Assembly: GCA_963812265.1 (NCBI GenBank)
Contig: CAWEUL010000005.1
Coordinates: 55,915-119,914 of the forward strand
Reading direction: 5' to 3'
Length of the DNA stretch: 64,000 nt
Origin: an uncultured Actinomycetota bacterium
GTDB taxonomy: Bacteria; Actinomycetota; Actinomycetes; Propionibacteriales; Nocardioidaceae
Position 1 is the first letter of the stretch; each line of letters starts with the position of its first letter. Made by a program: the position numbers and the translations under genes. Below are positions 53,979-63,847 of this stretch, one piece after another. The notes under the pieces are model-generated. The model saw nothing but the letters and a program-made list of their open reading frames with translations, did no database searches and had not been told where the DNA came from.

Positions 53979-56681
53979 ATGAGCGCCGAGTCCGCGCGCA
54001 TCGCCACGTTCGGCCATCTCGAGGACGGTCTCCGCCAAGGAGGCGACTGGTACCGCTGGGGCCCGTACCTGAGCGAGCGCCAGTGGGGCACCGTCCGCGA
54101 GGACTACAGCCCCGGCGGCACCGCATGGGAGTACCTGCCGCACGATCATGCCCGTTCTCGCGCCTACCGGTGGGGGGAGGACGGCCTCGCCGGGTTCAGC
54201 GACGTCGAGCAGCGACTGTGTCTCTCGCTCGCCCTGTGGAACGGGGCAGACCCGATCTTGAAGGAGCGCATCTTCGGACTGACCGGCAACGAGGGCAACC
54301 ACGGCGAGGACGCCAAGGAGTACTGGTGGTTCACCGACGCCGTGCCCAGCCACGCTTGGAACCGGTGGCGCTACCACTACCCGCAGCGGGAGTTCCCCTA
54401 TGGTGACCTGGTTGCGGAGAACGCCCGGCGCGGGAAGGGCGACCCTGAGTTCGAGCTTCTCGACACGGGCGCGTTCGACGACGACCGCTATTGGATCGTC
54501 GAGGTCGATTACGCCAAGGCCGAGCCCGACGACCTGGTGATGGTCGTGCGGGCCACGAACGCCGCCGCCGAGGCCGCCACCTTGCATGTCCTCCCGACCG
54601 TGTGGTTCCGCAACACGTGGTCGTGGGACGAGGGAGCCGAGCGTCCGGAGCTGCGCGCCGGGAAGCATGCCGACCTCGACATCGACCATCCGTTCCTCGG
54701 CCCGCTGGAGGTGCTGGCAGGGGCCGGGCCGGACGGCAGCGCTCCGGCGGCATTGTTCTGCGACAACGAGACCAATACTGATCGGTTGTACGGGGTGCCG
54801 GGTCCGGCCTACCCCAAGGACGGGATCAACGACCATGTGGTGACCGGGGCACCCACCGTGAACCCCGAGCGCCGCGGCACCAAAGCAGCGCTGTGGTACC
54901 AGCTGGAGGTCGACGGCGGGTCGACCGTCGAGCTGCGCCTGCGGATGCGCCCGCGGGGCTCGACGCCCCCGCGCGAGAGGGCTCTCGGTGCAGCCTTCAC
55001 CGAGGTGCTGGAGCAGCGAGTGGTGGAGGCCGACACGTTCTACGCGGACCTCACACCGCCCGGCACCACCTCGGATGAGGCGCTTGTGATGCGCCAGGCG
55101 TTCGCTGGCATGCTCTGGAGCAAGCAGCTCTACGCCTACGACGTCTCCCGCTGGCTGGACGGGGACCCGACCCAACCTGCGCCGCCGGATTCCCGCAGTT
55201 CCGGACGCAACGCCCACTGGAGGTCGTTCAACGCCTTCGACCTGATGTCGATGCCCGACACGTGGGAGTACCCGTGGTTCGCGGCATGGGACCTGGCCTT
55301 CCACTGCGTGGCACTCGCGCACGTCGACCCCGCCTTCGCCAAGTATCAGCTTCTGCTGCTGTGCCGCGAATGGTTCCAGCACCCCAATGGGGCGCTGCCG
55401 GCCTACGAGTGGTCCTTCGACGACGTGAACCCACCGGTCCAGGCCTGGGCGGCGCTCGAGGTCTTCGCCATCGACGGGGCCCAGGATCTCGACTTCCTGG
55501 AGAGGGTCTTCACCAAGCTCCTGGTCAACTTCACCTGGTGGGTCAACCGCCTCGATGCCGACGGCACCAACCTCTTCGAGGGCGGCTTCCTCGGTCTGGA
55601 CAACATCGGGCCTCTGGACCGCTCCCACCTTCCGGTGAAGGGCCGGCTCGAGCAGGCCGACGCCACCGCCTGGATGGCCTTCTACGCCATCGACCTGGCG
55701 ACGATGGCGTCCCTACTCAGGAATTCCGGCCGCCCGACCGGGGATCTGGTGGTGAAGTTCCTCGAACACTTCGCCCAGATCCGGGATGCGATGGATGGCC
55801 GGGAGCTGTGGGACGACGTCGACGGGTTCTTCTACGACCGGCTCGTCGGTGAGGACGGGTCGACCACGATCGTCCGGGCGCGCTCCATGGTCGGTGCCCT
55901 TCCGCTGCTGGCCAGCACGGTCATGGGTGAAGCGGCCGTGGAGCGACTGCTGGCACTCGGCAAGTCGGCCGCGGGCCGCTTCGGTCAGCGCGTCATCGAG
56001 GACGAGCGGCTGCGGTCACAGGGGATGCTGAGGGGTGCGCCCGGCGACCGCAGGATGATGATGGGTGTCGTCGAGATCGACCGAGTCCGGCGCGTGCTCC
56101 AGCGGCTCCTGGACCCCGCCGAGTTCCTTTCTCCCCATGGCCTGCGGGCCCTCTCCCGCTGGCACCTCGACCATCCATGCGAGCTGGACGTCCAAGGCGT
56201 TCGAGCCACGGTCGACTACGAGCCGGGCGAGTCGACGACGTCGATGTTCGGCGGCAACTCGAATTGGCGTGGACCTGTGTGGTTCCCGCTGAACCACCTG
56301 CTTGTCAGCGCGCTCGACCGCTACGGCTGGTTCTTCGGAGACGAGCAGACCATCGAGTACCCGACCGGCTCCGGGACGCAGTGGACCTTCCACGAGGTGG
56401 CCGACGACCTCCGGGATCGGCTCATCTCCACCTTTCTCCTGGACGACCGGGGCCGTCGACCGTGCTACGGGTGGGTGGATCGATTCCGCGACGACCCGAG
56501 GTGGCGCGACCAGCTGATGTTCCATGAGTACTTCCACGGCGACAACGGCGCGGGGCTCGGCGCCTCGCACCAGACGGGCTGGACAGGGCTCGTCGCCGAC
56601 CTCATCATTCGACGCCGCGGAGCGGCCGTCCCCACCATCTCCGAGATCCTCGACCGCGCGATCCGGGCGTACGACTCGTGA
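53979..56681 (+). CDS. MGH1-like / GH63 glucosidase
   Basis: WGPYLSERQWGTVREDYS, SMPDTWEYPWFAAWD, NWRGPVW, FHEYFHGDNGAGLGASHQTGWT. Confidence 0.92.
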   Translation: MSAESARIATFGHLEDGLRQGGDWYRWGPYLSERQWGTVREDYSPGGTAWEYLPHDHARSRAYRWGEDGLAGFSDVEQRLCLSLALWNGADPILKERIFGLTGNEGNHGEDAKEYWWFTDAVPSHAWNRWRYHYPQREFPYGDLVAENARRGKGDPEFELLDTGAFDDDRYWIVEVDYAKAEPDDLVMVVRATNAAAEAATLHVLPTVWFRNTWSWDEGAERPELRAGKHADLDIDHPFLGPLEVLAGAGPDGSAPAALFCDNETNTDRLYGVPGPAYPKDGINDHVVTGAPTVNPERRGTKAALWYQLEVDGGSTVELRLRMRPRGSTPPRERALGAAFTEVLEQRVVEADTFYADLTPPGTTSDEALVMRQAFAGMLWSKQLYAYDVSRWLDGDPTQPAPPDSRSSGRNAHWRSFNAFDLMSMPDTWEYPWFAAWDLAFHCVALAHVDPAFAKYQLLLLCREWFQHPNGALPAYEWSFDDVNPPVQAWAALEVFAIDGAQDLDFLERVFTKLLVNFTWWVNRLDADGTNLFEGGFLGLDNIGPLDRSHLPVKGRLEQADATAWMAFYAIDLATMASLLRNSGRPTGDLVVKFLEHFAQIRDAMDGRELWDDVDGFFYDRLVGEDGSTTIVRARSMVGALPLLASTVMGEAAVERLLALGKSAAGRFGQRVIEDERLRSQGMLRGAPGDRRMMMGVVEIDRVRRVLQRLLDPAEFLSPHGLRALSRWHLDHPCELDVQGVRATVDYEPGESTTSMFGGNSNWRGPVWFPLNHLLVSALDRYGWFFGDEQTIEYPTGSGTQWTFHEVADDLRDRLISTFLLDDRGRRPCYGWVDRFRDDPRWRDQLMFHEYFHGDNGAGLGASHQTGWTGLVADLIIRRRGAAVPTISEILDRAIRAYDS

Positions 56682-58612
56682 GCCTGCGATTCGGAGCTGC
56701 GACCGTCGGCGACCTCGCGGCCGGCGCGTCACGCGAGTGGTTGGCCACCGACGGTCTGGGCGGCTACGCCATGGGGACTGTCTCCGGCCTTCGGACTCGG
56801 AGGTACCACGGGCTGCTCGTCGCTGCGGTCGGCGGGCCTTCCCAGCGGATGCTCGGGCTGGTCACCCTGGACCCTGTCCTGGTGGTCGGGGATCGGCGGA
56901 TCCGGTTGGCCAGCCATGAGTGGCGCGGTGGCGTGGTGGATCCCGCCGGGCATAGCCTGTTGGCGACCTTCGACCTTGAGGACGGGCTCCCGCGGTGGCG
57001 CTGGCAGGTCGGCGACGTGGTGGTCGAGCGGGAGTTGGCGATGTCCCGTGGACGCGCCGCGGTCGGTGTGGTGCACCGGCTGGTCCGCTCAAACGGGTCG
57101 GTCCGGGTCGAGCTCACGCCGCTGTGTACCTGGCGGTCGGTGCATGCCGAACGCTCGGCATCGGGGACTCCCAAGGTTGCTCGGGTCGCCGACGGGTTCG
57201 TGTTCGAAGACGCCTACCGAGTGGTCGGACCCGGCTGGGAGCCCGGTGGCGAGTGGTACTTCGGGGTCCGCACCCGGGAGGAGGCGGCCCGAGGCCTGAG
57301 CGACCTCGAGGACCTCTGGGCCGCCGGACGCTTCGCCGCGGAGCTCGAGCCCGGCGCCGCACTCGAGGTGTCGGCCTCGACCGCGCCGTTCGACGAGGCG
57401 CTGCCCTCGCCCGCGGCCATGGTGGCGGGGGCTCGGGCGCGAGCTCGGGCATTGGTCACACAGGCGGGTGCGGAGACGGCCGCCCGCCGGCAGCTGGTGG
57501 CAGCCGCGGACGCTTTCGTCATCGACTCGCCGACGGGCTCGGGTGCTGTCGCTGGATACCCTTGGTTCGGTGAGTGGTCCCGCGACACCATGACGTCGTA
57601 CGAGGGGCTCTTCCTCACCAGTGGGCGCTACGACGAGGGACGGTCGGCGCTGCTCCGTGCTGGTGCCACCGTGTCGGATGGGATGCTCGCCAACACTGCT
57701 GACACCGGAACCCTTCAGTACAACACGGTGGACGCGGCCTTGTGGTTCGTGCACGCTGTCGGCCGGCACGTCGCCGTCACGGGGGACGATTCCCTCGCCG
57801 CCGAACTGGCCGCGCCGGTCGGCGCGATCATCGACCACCACATCGCGGGCACCCGCTTCGGTATCGGGACAGACGCCGACGGACTCCTCCGGCAGGGAGC
57901 CGACGGTCTTGCTCTCACGTGGATGGATGCCCGGGTCGATGGACGCCCCGTGACCCAGCGGGCCGGCAAGCCGGTGGAGATCAACGCCCTGTGGGTACAG
58001 GCCGTGCGCCTCGAGGGCATCCTGGCCTCCAGAGCCGGGAGATCTGTGCCGGACCGTGTCGGCTTGGCGGAGGCCGCCCGGGCCTCCTTCCTGCGGCGCT
58101 TCCCCCGGCCCGACCGCCGCGGCCTCTTCGACGTGGTCGACGGTCCGTCCGGGGACGACGCATCGATCCGGCCCAACCAGCTCATCGCGGTGGGCCTGCC
58201 TGAGGGTCCGTTCTCCAACTCCGACCGGAGTGCCTCCACCGATGCTGCCGCGCAGAGGGTCGTCGAGACGTGCGGCGCAGCGCTGCTCACCCCCATCGGC
58301 TTGCGCACCCTCGACCCGGCCGACCCTCGATTCGTGGGAGCACACCGCGGCGGGCCGGCCCAGCGGGATGCCGCCTACCACCAAGGAACGGTCTGGCCCT
58401 GGCTCCTCGGGCCCTACGCCGATGCCGCGAGGCGGACGGGCACCCCCATCGACCACCTGTGGGAGCCGCTCGCCGCGCACCTGGGTGAGTACGGCGTCGG
58501 GTCCGTCTCAGAGACGGCTGACGGGGCAGCACCCCACGCCGGAACCGGAGCCCCCTTCCAGGCCTGGTCCGTCGCGGAGGTTCTCCGCGCGCTCGCCTCC
58601 TGGGACCGGTGA
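56678..58612 (+). CDS. Amylo-alpha-1,6-glucosidase (glycogen debranching, GDE N+C)
   Basis: EWLATDGLGGYA, RRYHGLL, AGYPWFGEWSRD, LTWMDA, GKPVEINALW, YHQGTVWPW, FQAWSVAE. Confidence 0.92.
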   Translation: MSLRFGAATVGDLAAGASREWLATDGLGGYAMGTVSGLRTRRYHGLLVAAVGGPSQRMLGLVTLDPVLVVGDRRIRLASHEWRGGVVDPAGHSLLATFDLEDGLPRWRWQVGDVVVERELAMSRGRAAVGVVHRLVRSNGSVRVELTPLCTWRSVHAERSASGTPKVARVADGFVFEDAYRVVGPGWEPGGEWYFGVRTREEAARGLSDLEDLWAAGRFAAELEPGAALEVSASTAPFDEALPSPAAMVAGARARARALVTQAGAETAARRQLVAAADAFVIDSPTGSGAVAGYPWFGEWSRDTMTSYEGLFLTSGRYDEGRSALLRAGATVSDGMLANTADTGTLQYNTVDAALWFVHAVGRHVAVTGDDSLAAELAAPVGAIIDHHIAGTRFGIGTDADGLLRQGADGLALTWMDARVDGRPVTQRAGKPVEINALWVQAVRLEGILASRAGRSVPDRVGLAEAARASFLRRFPRPDRRGLFDVVDGPSGDDASIRPNQLIAVGLPEGPFSNSDRSASTDAAAQRVVETCGAALLTPIGLRTLDPADPRFVGAHRGGPAQRDAAYHQGTVWPWLLGPYADAARRTGTPIDHLWEPLAAHLGEYGVGSVSETADGAAPHAGTGAPFQAWSVAEVLRALASWDR

Positions 58613-58885
58613 CGGATGAGGCCGACGGCTTGAGCCACACCACGCACACCTCGTGGGCCAGAAGTCGTTCGAAGAGCTCGCGCTCAACATCGTGCAGGGC
58701 ATCGAGGCCGAACTACGTCTCGCCAGTGCCGCGGTCCTCCCGGTCAGCCTCTCTGGGCGGTCATCGTTGCCGGGCACGGCAGGTCGAGTGAGGAACCCAC
58801 CAGCCGCACGGCGGCGGTGCTGCCGGCGCCCATGTGGCCCAGGACGACCGCGTGGTGAGGAGTCCTTCGTTCGGGGAGCGGCGAT

Positions 58886-59821
58886 TCAGCCACGGGTCAC
58901 CGCGGTCCACCACGCCCGATCAGGGTCGAAGGCCACCGCCGGACGTCCGGTGGCGAGGGTGTCGTAGCGGTAGACGAGCCCCGCCGTGGGCTCGGCCAGA
59001 CGTTCATCCTCGCTCCAACCTTCGGTTGCGGTGGTGACGTACAGCCGGTTCAAGTTGGGTCCGGCGAACCCGCAACAGGTGGCCTGTGCCGCCGGGACGG
59101 CGAGGACCTGGCGCAACTCGCCACCAGACGTGAAGCGGAGCACGCACCCGCCGCCATAGACGGCCACCCACAGGTCTCCAGTCGTGTCGACGGTCATCCC
59201 GTCCGGCGCCCCTTCGTGCTCGCCGAGCTCGACGATGATCCGTTGTCCGGAGATGGTGCCGCTGTCCGGGTCGAAGTCGAAGGCGTAGACCACCCGGGGT
59301 CCACTGTCGACGAGGTACATCGTGCGGCCGTCCGGGCTCCATCCAAGCCCGTTGGAGATCGTCAGCCCCTCGAGCACCGTTTCGCATCGGCCCATTGCGT
59401 CGAGTCGGTAGAGAGCGCCGCCACCTGGGCGGTGGTCGTCGGCCAGGGTCCCAGCCCACATGCGGCCGGCGGGATCGCAGGCCGCGTCGTTCATTCGCGT
59501 TCCTTCGGGGGCAACCTCAAACACCATGCGGGACGAGCCGTCGGGGCGTAGGTGGGCGAAACCTCTGTTGGTGGCGAGCAGCCAGCCATGATCCCCGACC
59601 ACAGGGGCGATAGCGCCAACAGTCCCGGGGAGGTCGTATGTGCAGACAGGCACGAGATCGCCGTCCGCGGCGATCCGCTCCCGGATCACCCGTCCCGCGA
59701 GGATGTCCACTCGGAGCAGTTCCTCTCGGTGCGCGTCCCAGCGCACGCCCTCCCCGAGCAGTGTCTGCTGCGTCGTGCAGGCAATAGCCTGGGGAGCGTT
59801 TCCCGTCTCGGGTCCTCCCAT
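58886..59821 (-). CDS. SMP-30/gluconolactonase/LRE family protein
   Basis: LGEGVRWD, RMNDAACDPAGR, TISNGLGWSPD, PDGMTVD, FAGPNL..LYVTTA. Confidence 0.92.
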   Translation of the reverse strand: MGGPETGNAPQAIACTTQQTLLGEGVRWDAHREELLRVDILAGRVIRERIAADGDLVPVCTYDLPGTVGAIAPVVGDHGWLLATNRGFAHLRPDGSSRMVFEVAPEGTRMNDAACDPAGRMWAGTLADDHRPGGGALYRLDAMGRCETVLEGLTISNGLGWSPDGRTMYLVDSGPRVVYAFDFDPDSGTISGQRIIVELGEHEGAPDGMTVDTTGDLWVAVYGGGCVLRFTSGGELRQVLAVPAAQATCCGFAGPNLNRLYVTTATEGWSEDERLAEPTAGLVYRYDTLATGRPAVAFDPDRAWWTAVTRG

Positions 59822-59828
59822 GCCGCAA

Positions 59829-61532
59829 TCAGTCCGCGGCTTGTTGCGGGGCGAGAATCGCGTGGGAGAGCATCCCACCGGATCGGAGCCTGGCGTCGAA
59901 GCCGTGCTGCAGAAGGATTCGCGTCGCGTAGTAGGCACGCTGGCCGGAGCGGCACACGACGTGGATCGTCCGGTCCCCAGGCAGCTCGTCGAGTCGCGCG
60001 CGGAGCTGACCGAGCGGAATGTTGACCGCGCCGGCGACTCCCTCCACTCGAAGTTCTGGGCCCTCGCGCACATCCAGGACGAACTCGTCGGGGTCCTGGT
60101 CGCTCCAGTGGCTCACCGGCATATCACCGCGCAGGACGCCGGCGGCGACCATGCCGGCGAAGTTGACCGGGTCCTTGGCGCTCCCGAACGGGGGTGCGTA
60201 GCAGAGCTCGGCCTCCTCGAGGTCGTAGACCGTCGCACCCAGCTGAATCGCGAGAGCGATCTCGCTGATGCGCTTGTCGACGCCATCCTCTCCGACAGCC
60301 TGGGCGCCGAGCACGCGTCCGTCGGACGTATGGAACAGGAGCTTCATGGCGATCGGCTTGGCGCCCGGGTAGTAGCCGGCGTGGGAGTTGGGGTAGAGGT
60401 AGACCTTCTCGTAGTCGGTTTCGCCGCGTTTCTGCAGGCTCTTCTCGTTGCTGCCGGTCCAGGCGACCGTGGCGCCGAAGAGACCAACGACGGCGGTCCC
60501 CTGGGTTCCCCGGAACCGCGAGTCTCGGCCGGTGATGACCTCGGCGGCGATCCGGCCCTGTCGGTTCGCAGGTCCGGCGAGTGCCATCAGGTTCCACTCG
60601 CCCGTACCGACGTCACGAACCTCCACCACGTCGCCGACGGCGAAGATGTGGGGATCACTGGTGCGCATGTGGTCGTCGACCCGGATTCCGCCGAGGTCGC
60701 CGATCTCCAATCCGGCCGCCCTGGCGAGCGTGGTGTCGGGTCGGACGCCGAGGGCGAGGATGACGATGTCTGCAGGATGCTTGGCGCCGGAGGTCGTCGT
60801 GACCAGCAGGGAGTCGCCGTCGTCCTGGTCGAACCTGGCGACGCCGTCGCCCAGCACCACGCGGACGTTGTGGAGGCCGAGGAAGTCAGAGACCAGCTGC
60901 CCGTACTCGTGATCGAGCGGGGCAAGCACCTGGTCGGCCATCTCGATGACCGTGACGTCGAAGCCCCGGTGGACGAGGTTCTCGGCGGTCTCGAGCCCGA
61001 TGAAGCCGCCGCCCACGATGACCGCACGCTTCGGGGGTCGCACTGTCTGGAACCCGGAGTAGTGATCCATGCCCGTGAGGAAGGAGGTCCCGCGGTCGAC
61101 CCACTCGCGGATCTGGCGTGCATCGGGCACGGTTCGAACCTCGAAGACCCCTGGGAGGTCGATGCCGGGAAGAGGTGGTCGGATCGACGAGGCGCCCGGG
61201 GAGAGGACCAGCGCGTCATAGGACTCTGTGGTCACCTCTCCCGTGGCGACGTCGCGCAACTGCACGGTCCGGTCAGCAGGGGAGATGTCGACGACCTCAC
61301 AGCGGGTCCGACAGTCCACGGCGAACTGCTCCCGAAAGACCCGCTCGTTGGCGACCAGCAGGCTCGCCTCGTGCTCGATGACGCCCCCGATGTGGTACGG
61401 CAAGCCACAGTTCGCGTATGAGACATACGCGCCCCGCTCCACCATGAGGATCTCGGCCTCCTCGTCCAACCGTCGCAGCCGCGCCGCGCACGACGCACCA
61501 CCAGCCACCCCACCGACGATGATCACCTTCAT
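59829..61532 (-). CDS. cdr: CoA-disulfide/persulfide reductase with C-terminal rhodanese domain
   Basis: GGVAGGAS, SYANCGLPY redox Cys, GGGFIGLE, YAPPFGSAKDPVN, C-terminal LDVRE...CRSGQR. Confidence 0.88.
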   Translation of the reverse strand: MKVIIVGGVAGGASCAARLRRLDEEAEILMVERGAYVSYANCGLPYHIGGVIEHEASLLVANERVFREQFAVDCRTRCEVVDISPADRTVQLRDVATGEVTTESYDALVLSPGASSIRPPLPGIDLPGVFEVRTVPDARQIREWVDRGTSFLTGMDHYSGFQTVRPPKRAVIVGGGFIGLETAENLVHRGFDVTVIEMADQVLAPLDHEYGQLVSDFLGLHNVRVVLGDGVARFDQDDGDSLLVTTTSGAKHPADIVILALGVRPDTTLARAAGLEIGDLGGIRVDDHMRTSDPHIFAVGDVVEVRDVGTGEWNLMALAGPANRQGRIAAEVITGRDSRFRGTQGTAVVGLFGATVAWTGSNEKSLQKRGETDYEKVYLYPNSHAGYYPGAKPIAMKLLFHTSDGRVLGAQAVGEDGVDKRISEIALAIQLGATVYDLEEAELCYAPPFGSAKDPVNFAGMVAAGVLRGDMPVSHWSDQDPDEFVLDVREGPELRVEGVAGAVNIPLGQLRARLDELPGDRTIHVVCRSGQRAYYATRILLQHGFDARLRSGGMLSHAILAPQQAAD

Positions 61533-61586
61533 GCCGTTCCTCCTCTTCGTAGGCGCGACGACCGTGTCTCCTGTGACTGGTGTCGC

Positions 61587-62990
61587 TCAGATCCAGGGAC
61601 CGCGCCACCCACCCACGTCGGCAACGAGCTCGTCCGCGGCCGCCGGGCCCCACGACCCCGGGGCGTAGGTCTGGACGGGTGGCGGGTTGTCGATCAGTGG
61701 TTGCATCACCCGCCAGGCCTCCTCGACGGTGTCCTGCCGGGAGAACCTGATGTTGCGGCCGAGCATGGCCGCGTGCAACAGCACCTCGTACGGGGTCGGT
61801 CCCTCTCCGCCAGCCTGCGCGAAGGTCATGTCGAGCTCGATCGCCTTGGGCAGGGCCACGTCGGCGGGCTGCGCCATCAGGACGAGTTGCACCCCGGTAG
61901 TCGGATCGAGCCTCACGACGAACTGGTCCGGTTGGCTGTCGGGTTGGCGCAGGCCGAAGCCCAACTTGGGCGAGTCCTTGAACACGAGCCGGATCTCGGT
62001 CTGGCGCACCGGCAGGAGCTTGCCGGTGCGGATGATGATGGGAACCCCGGACCACCGCCAGTTCTCGATCTCGAGCCGGACGGCGCTGTAGGTCTCGGTC
62101 TCGGAGCCGGGCGCGACACCCTCGATCGACCGGTAGCCCTCGTGTTGCCCCCGCACGCAGAGGCTCGGGTCGGCCGCGACCGTGGCGCGGAGCACTGCCG
62201 TCTGGGCATCTCGGATCGTCTCGACGTCCCCGCGCGCGGGTGCCTCCATCGTCGCGGCAGCCATGAGTTGGAGCAGGTGGTTCACCACGACGTCGCGCAT
62301 CGCCCCGACCGGGTCGTAGAAATGCCCGCGGGTCTCGACACCGAAGTTCTCCGCCAGTGTGATCTGGATGCATTCCACGAAGTTCCGGTTCCAGATCGGC
62401 TCCAGCATCGTGTTCCCGAAGCGCAGGTAGCCGATCTGCTCGAGACCCATCTTCCCGAGGTAGTGGTCGATCCTGTAGATCTGCGACTCGTCGACATACT
62501 CATGCAGCTCGTCGGCCAGCGCCTGGGCTGAGGGGAGATCGTGTCCGAACGGCTTCTCCACCACCACGCGACCTGTCCGGGTCAGCCCGGCCCCGGCGAG
62601 CCCCTTCACCACGGTGCCGAAGAGGAAGGGGGGGATCTCCAGGTAGAACACCGGGCAGGTGACTTCCGCCAAGACCCGGGCCAGCTGTTCGTAGGTCGCA
62701 TCGTCGTTGAAGTCGCCCTGTACGTAGGACATGCGGGCGGCGAGGCGCGCGAACACGGCCTCGTCGAGGTCCTCGCCGGTGCCGATGATCGAGGTGCGGG
62801 CACGGTCCAGGAGCTGGTCCTGGGTCCAGTCGTCGACGGCAACGCCGATGATCGGGCACTCGATGAGGCCCCGCTGCTCGAGCCGGTACAGCGACCGGAA
62901 GGTCATCACCTTCGCCAGGTCACCCGTGATGCCGAAGACAACGAGAGCGTCGCCCCGTTGCTCAGCAGGAGTCTGCCTGCTCCTGATCAT
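61587..62990 (-). CDS. zwf: Glucose-6-phosphate 1-dehydrogenase
   Basis: GITGDLA, VVEKPFG, RIDHYLGK, RDVVVNHLLQ, RWSGVP. Confidence 0.95.
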   Translation of the reverse strand: MIRSRQTPAEQRGDALVVFGITGDLAKVMTFRSLYRLEQRGLIECPIIGVAVDDWTQDQLLDRARTSIIGTGEDLDEAVFARLAARMSYVQGDFNDDATYEQLARVLAEVTCPVFYLEIPPFLFGTVVKGLAGAGLTRTGRVVVEKPFGHDLPSAQALADELHEYVDESQIYRIDHYLGKMGLEQIGYLRFGNTMLEPIWNRNFVECIQITLAENFGVETRGHFYDPVGAMRDVVVNHLLQLMAAATMEAPARGDVETIRDAQTAVLRATVAADPSLCVRGQHEGYRSIEGVAPGSETETYSAVRLEIENWRWSGVPIIIRTGKLLPVRQTEIRLVFKDSPKLGFGLRQPDSQPDQFVVRLDPTTGVQLVLMAQPADVALPKAIELDMTFAQAGGEGPTPYEVLLHAAMLGRNIRFSRQDTVEEAWRVMQPLIDNPPPVQTYAPGSWGPAAADELVADVGGWRGPWI

Positions 62991-63111
62991 GTGGTCTCCT
63001 GGATCGAGTCGGAGGTACCGCACGCGCTGGCGCACGGGTGGTCGAACCCACGACCCTGAGCCTTCCACGACCCCAGGCACTGCACATCACTCGCGACGGG
63101 TGAGTCCCCAT

Positions 63112-63186
63112 GGACGTGGGTGGGTGGCCCCGTCAGATCCAGGGACCGCGCCACCCACCCACGTCCGCTACGAGCTCGTCCGCGGC
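63112..63186. repeat. 54-bp copy of the zwf 3' end plus 17-bp inverted repeat
   Basis: 63133-63186 matches 61587-61640 at 52/54; 63112-63128 is the perfect reverse complement of 63150-63166. Confidence 0.85.
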
Positions 63187-63199
63187 GTGGCCCCCAGTC

Positions 63200-63847
63200 T
63201 CACCGAGCCCCTGACTCCAGGAAGGTCACGACGGCGAGCACCCGTCGATGCGTCGTTCCGTCATCGTGAAGCCCCAGCTTGGTGAACACCGAGCGCATGT
63301 GTGCCTCGACGGTCCGCTCGGACAGCCCCAACACCGTGGCGACCGACGTGTTGGAGTGGCCCTGGGCGACCAGCCCCAGCACCTCGCTCTCCCGGCCGGA
63401 GAGCTCGTCGATGCTCGACGGCACGGTGCGCGAGCGGACCAGCGCCCTGACGACGTCGGGATCCAGTGCGGTGCCGCCCTCGGCGACCCGGCGCAGGGAG
63501 GAGTCGAACTCGGCCAGGTCCAGGACACGGTCCTTGAGAAGGTAGCCGAAGCCGGGGGTGCCGATCAGGGTGTGACAGGGCCGCAGCTCGAGGTGTTGGG
63601 AGAGCAGGAGCAGGCCCAGCTCCGGATACCGCTGACGCAGCAGCACGGCGGCGTCGGCTCCGTCTGACTTCAGCCCGGGGGGCATCCGCACATCTGCGAT
63701 CACGAGGTCCGGCAGCTCGGCGTCTACGGCGTCGACCAGCGCGGGTGCGTCAGCCACGGCGGCGACCACGCCGTGGCCCTGCTCCCCGAGCAACCGCACC
63801 AGTCCTTCGCGGAACAGCACCGAGTCCTCGGCCACCACGATGCGCAT
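63200..63847 (-). CDS. NarL/LuxR family response regulator
   Basis: VVAEDSVLFREG, DVRMPP, YLLKD, LSGRESEVL...GHSN...TVEAH. Confidence 0.95.
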   Translation of the reverse strand: MRIVVAEDSVLFREGLVRLLGEQGHGVVAAVADAPALVDAVDAELPDLVIADVRMPPGLKSDGADAAVLLRQRYPELGLLLLSQHLELRPCHTLIGTPGFGYLLKDRVLDLAEFDSSLRRVAEGGTALDPDVVRALVRSRTVPSSIDELSGRESEVLGLVAQGHSNTSVATVLGLSERTVEAHMRSVFTKLGLHDDGTTHRRVLAVVTFLESGAR

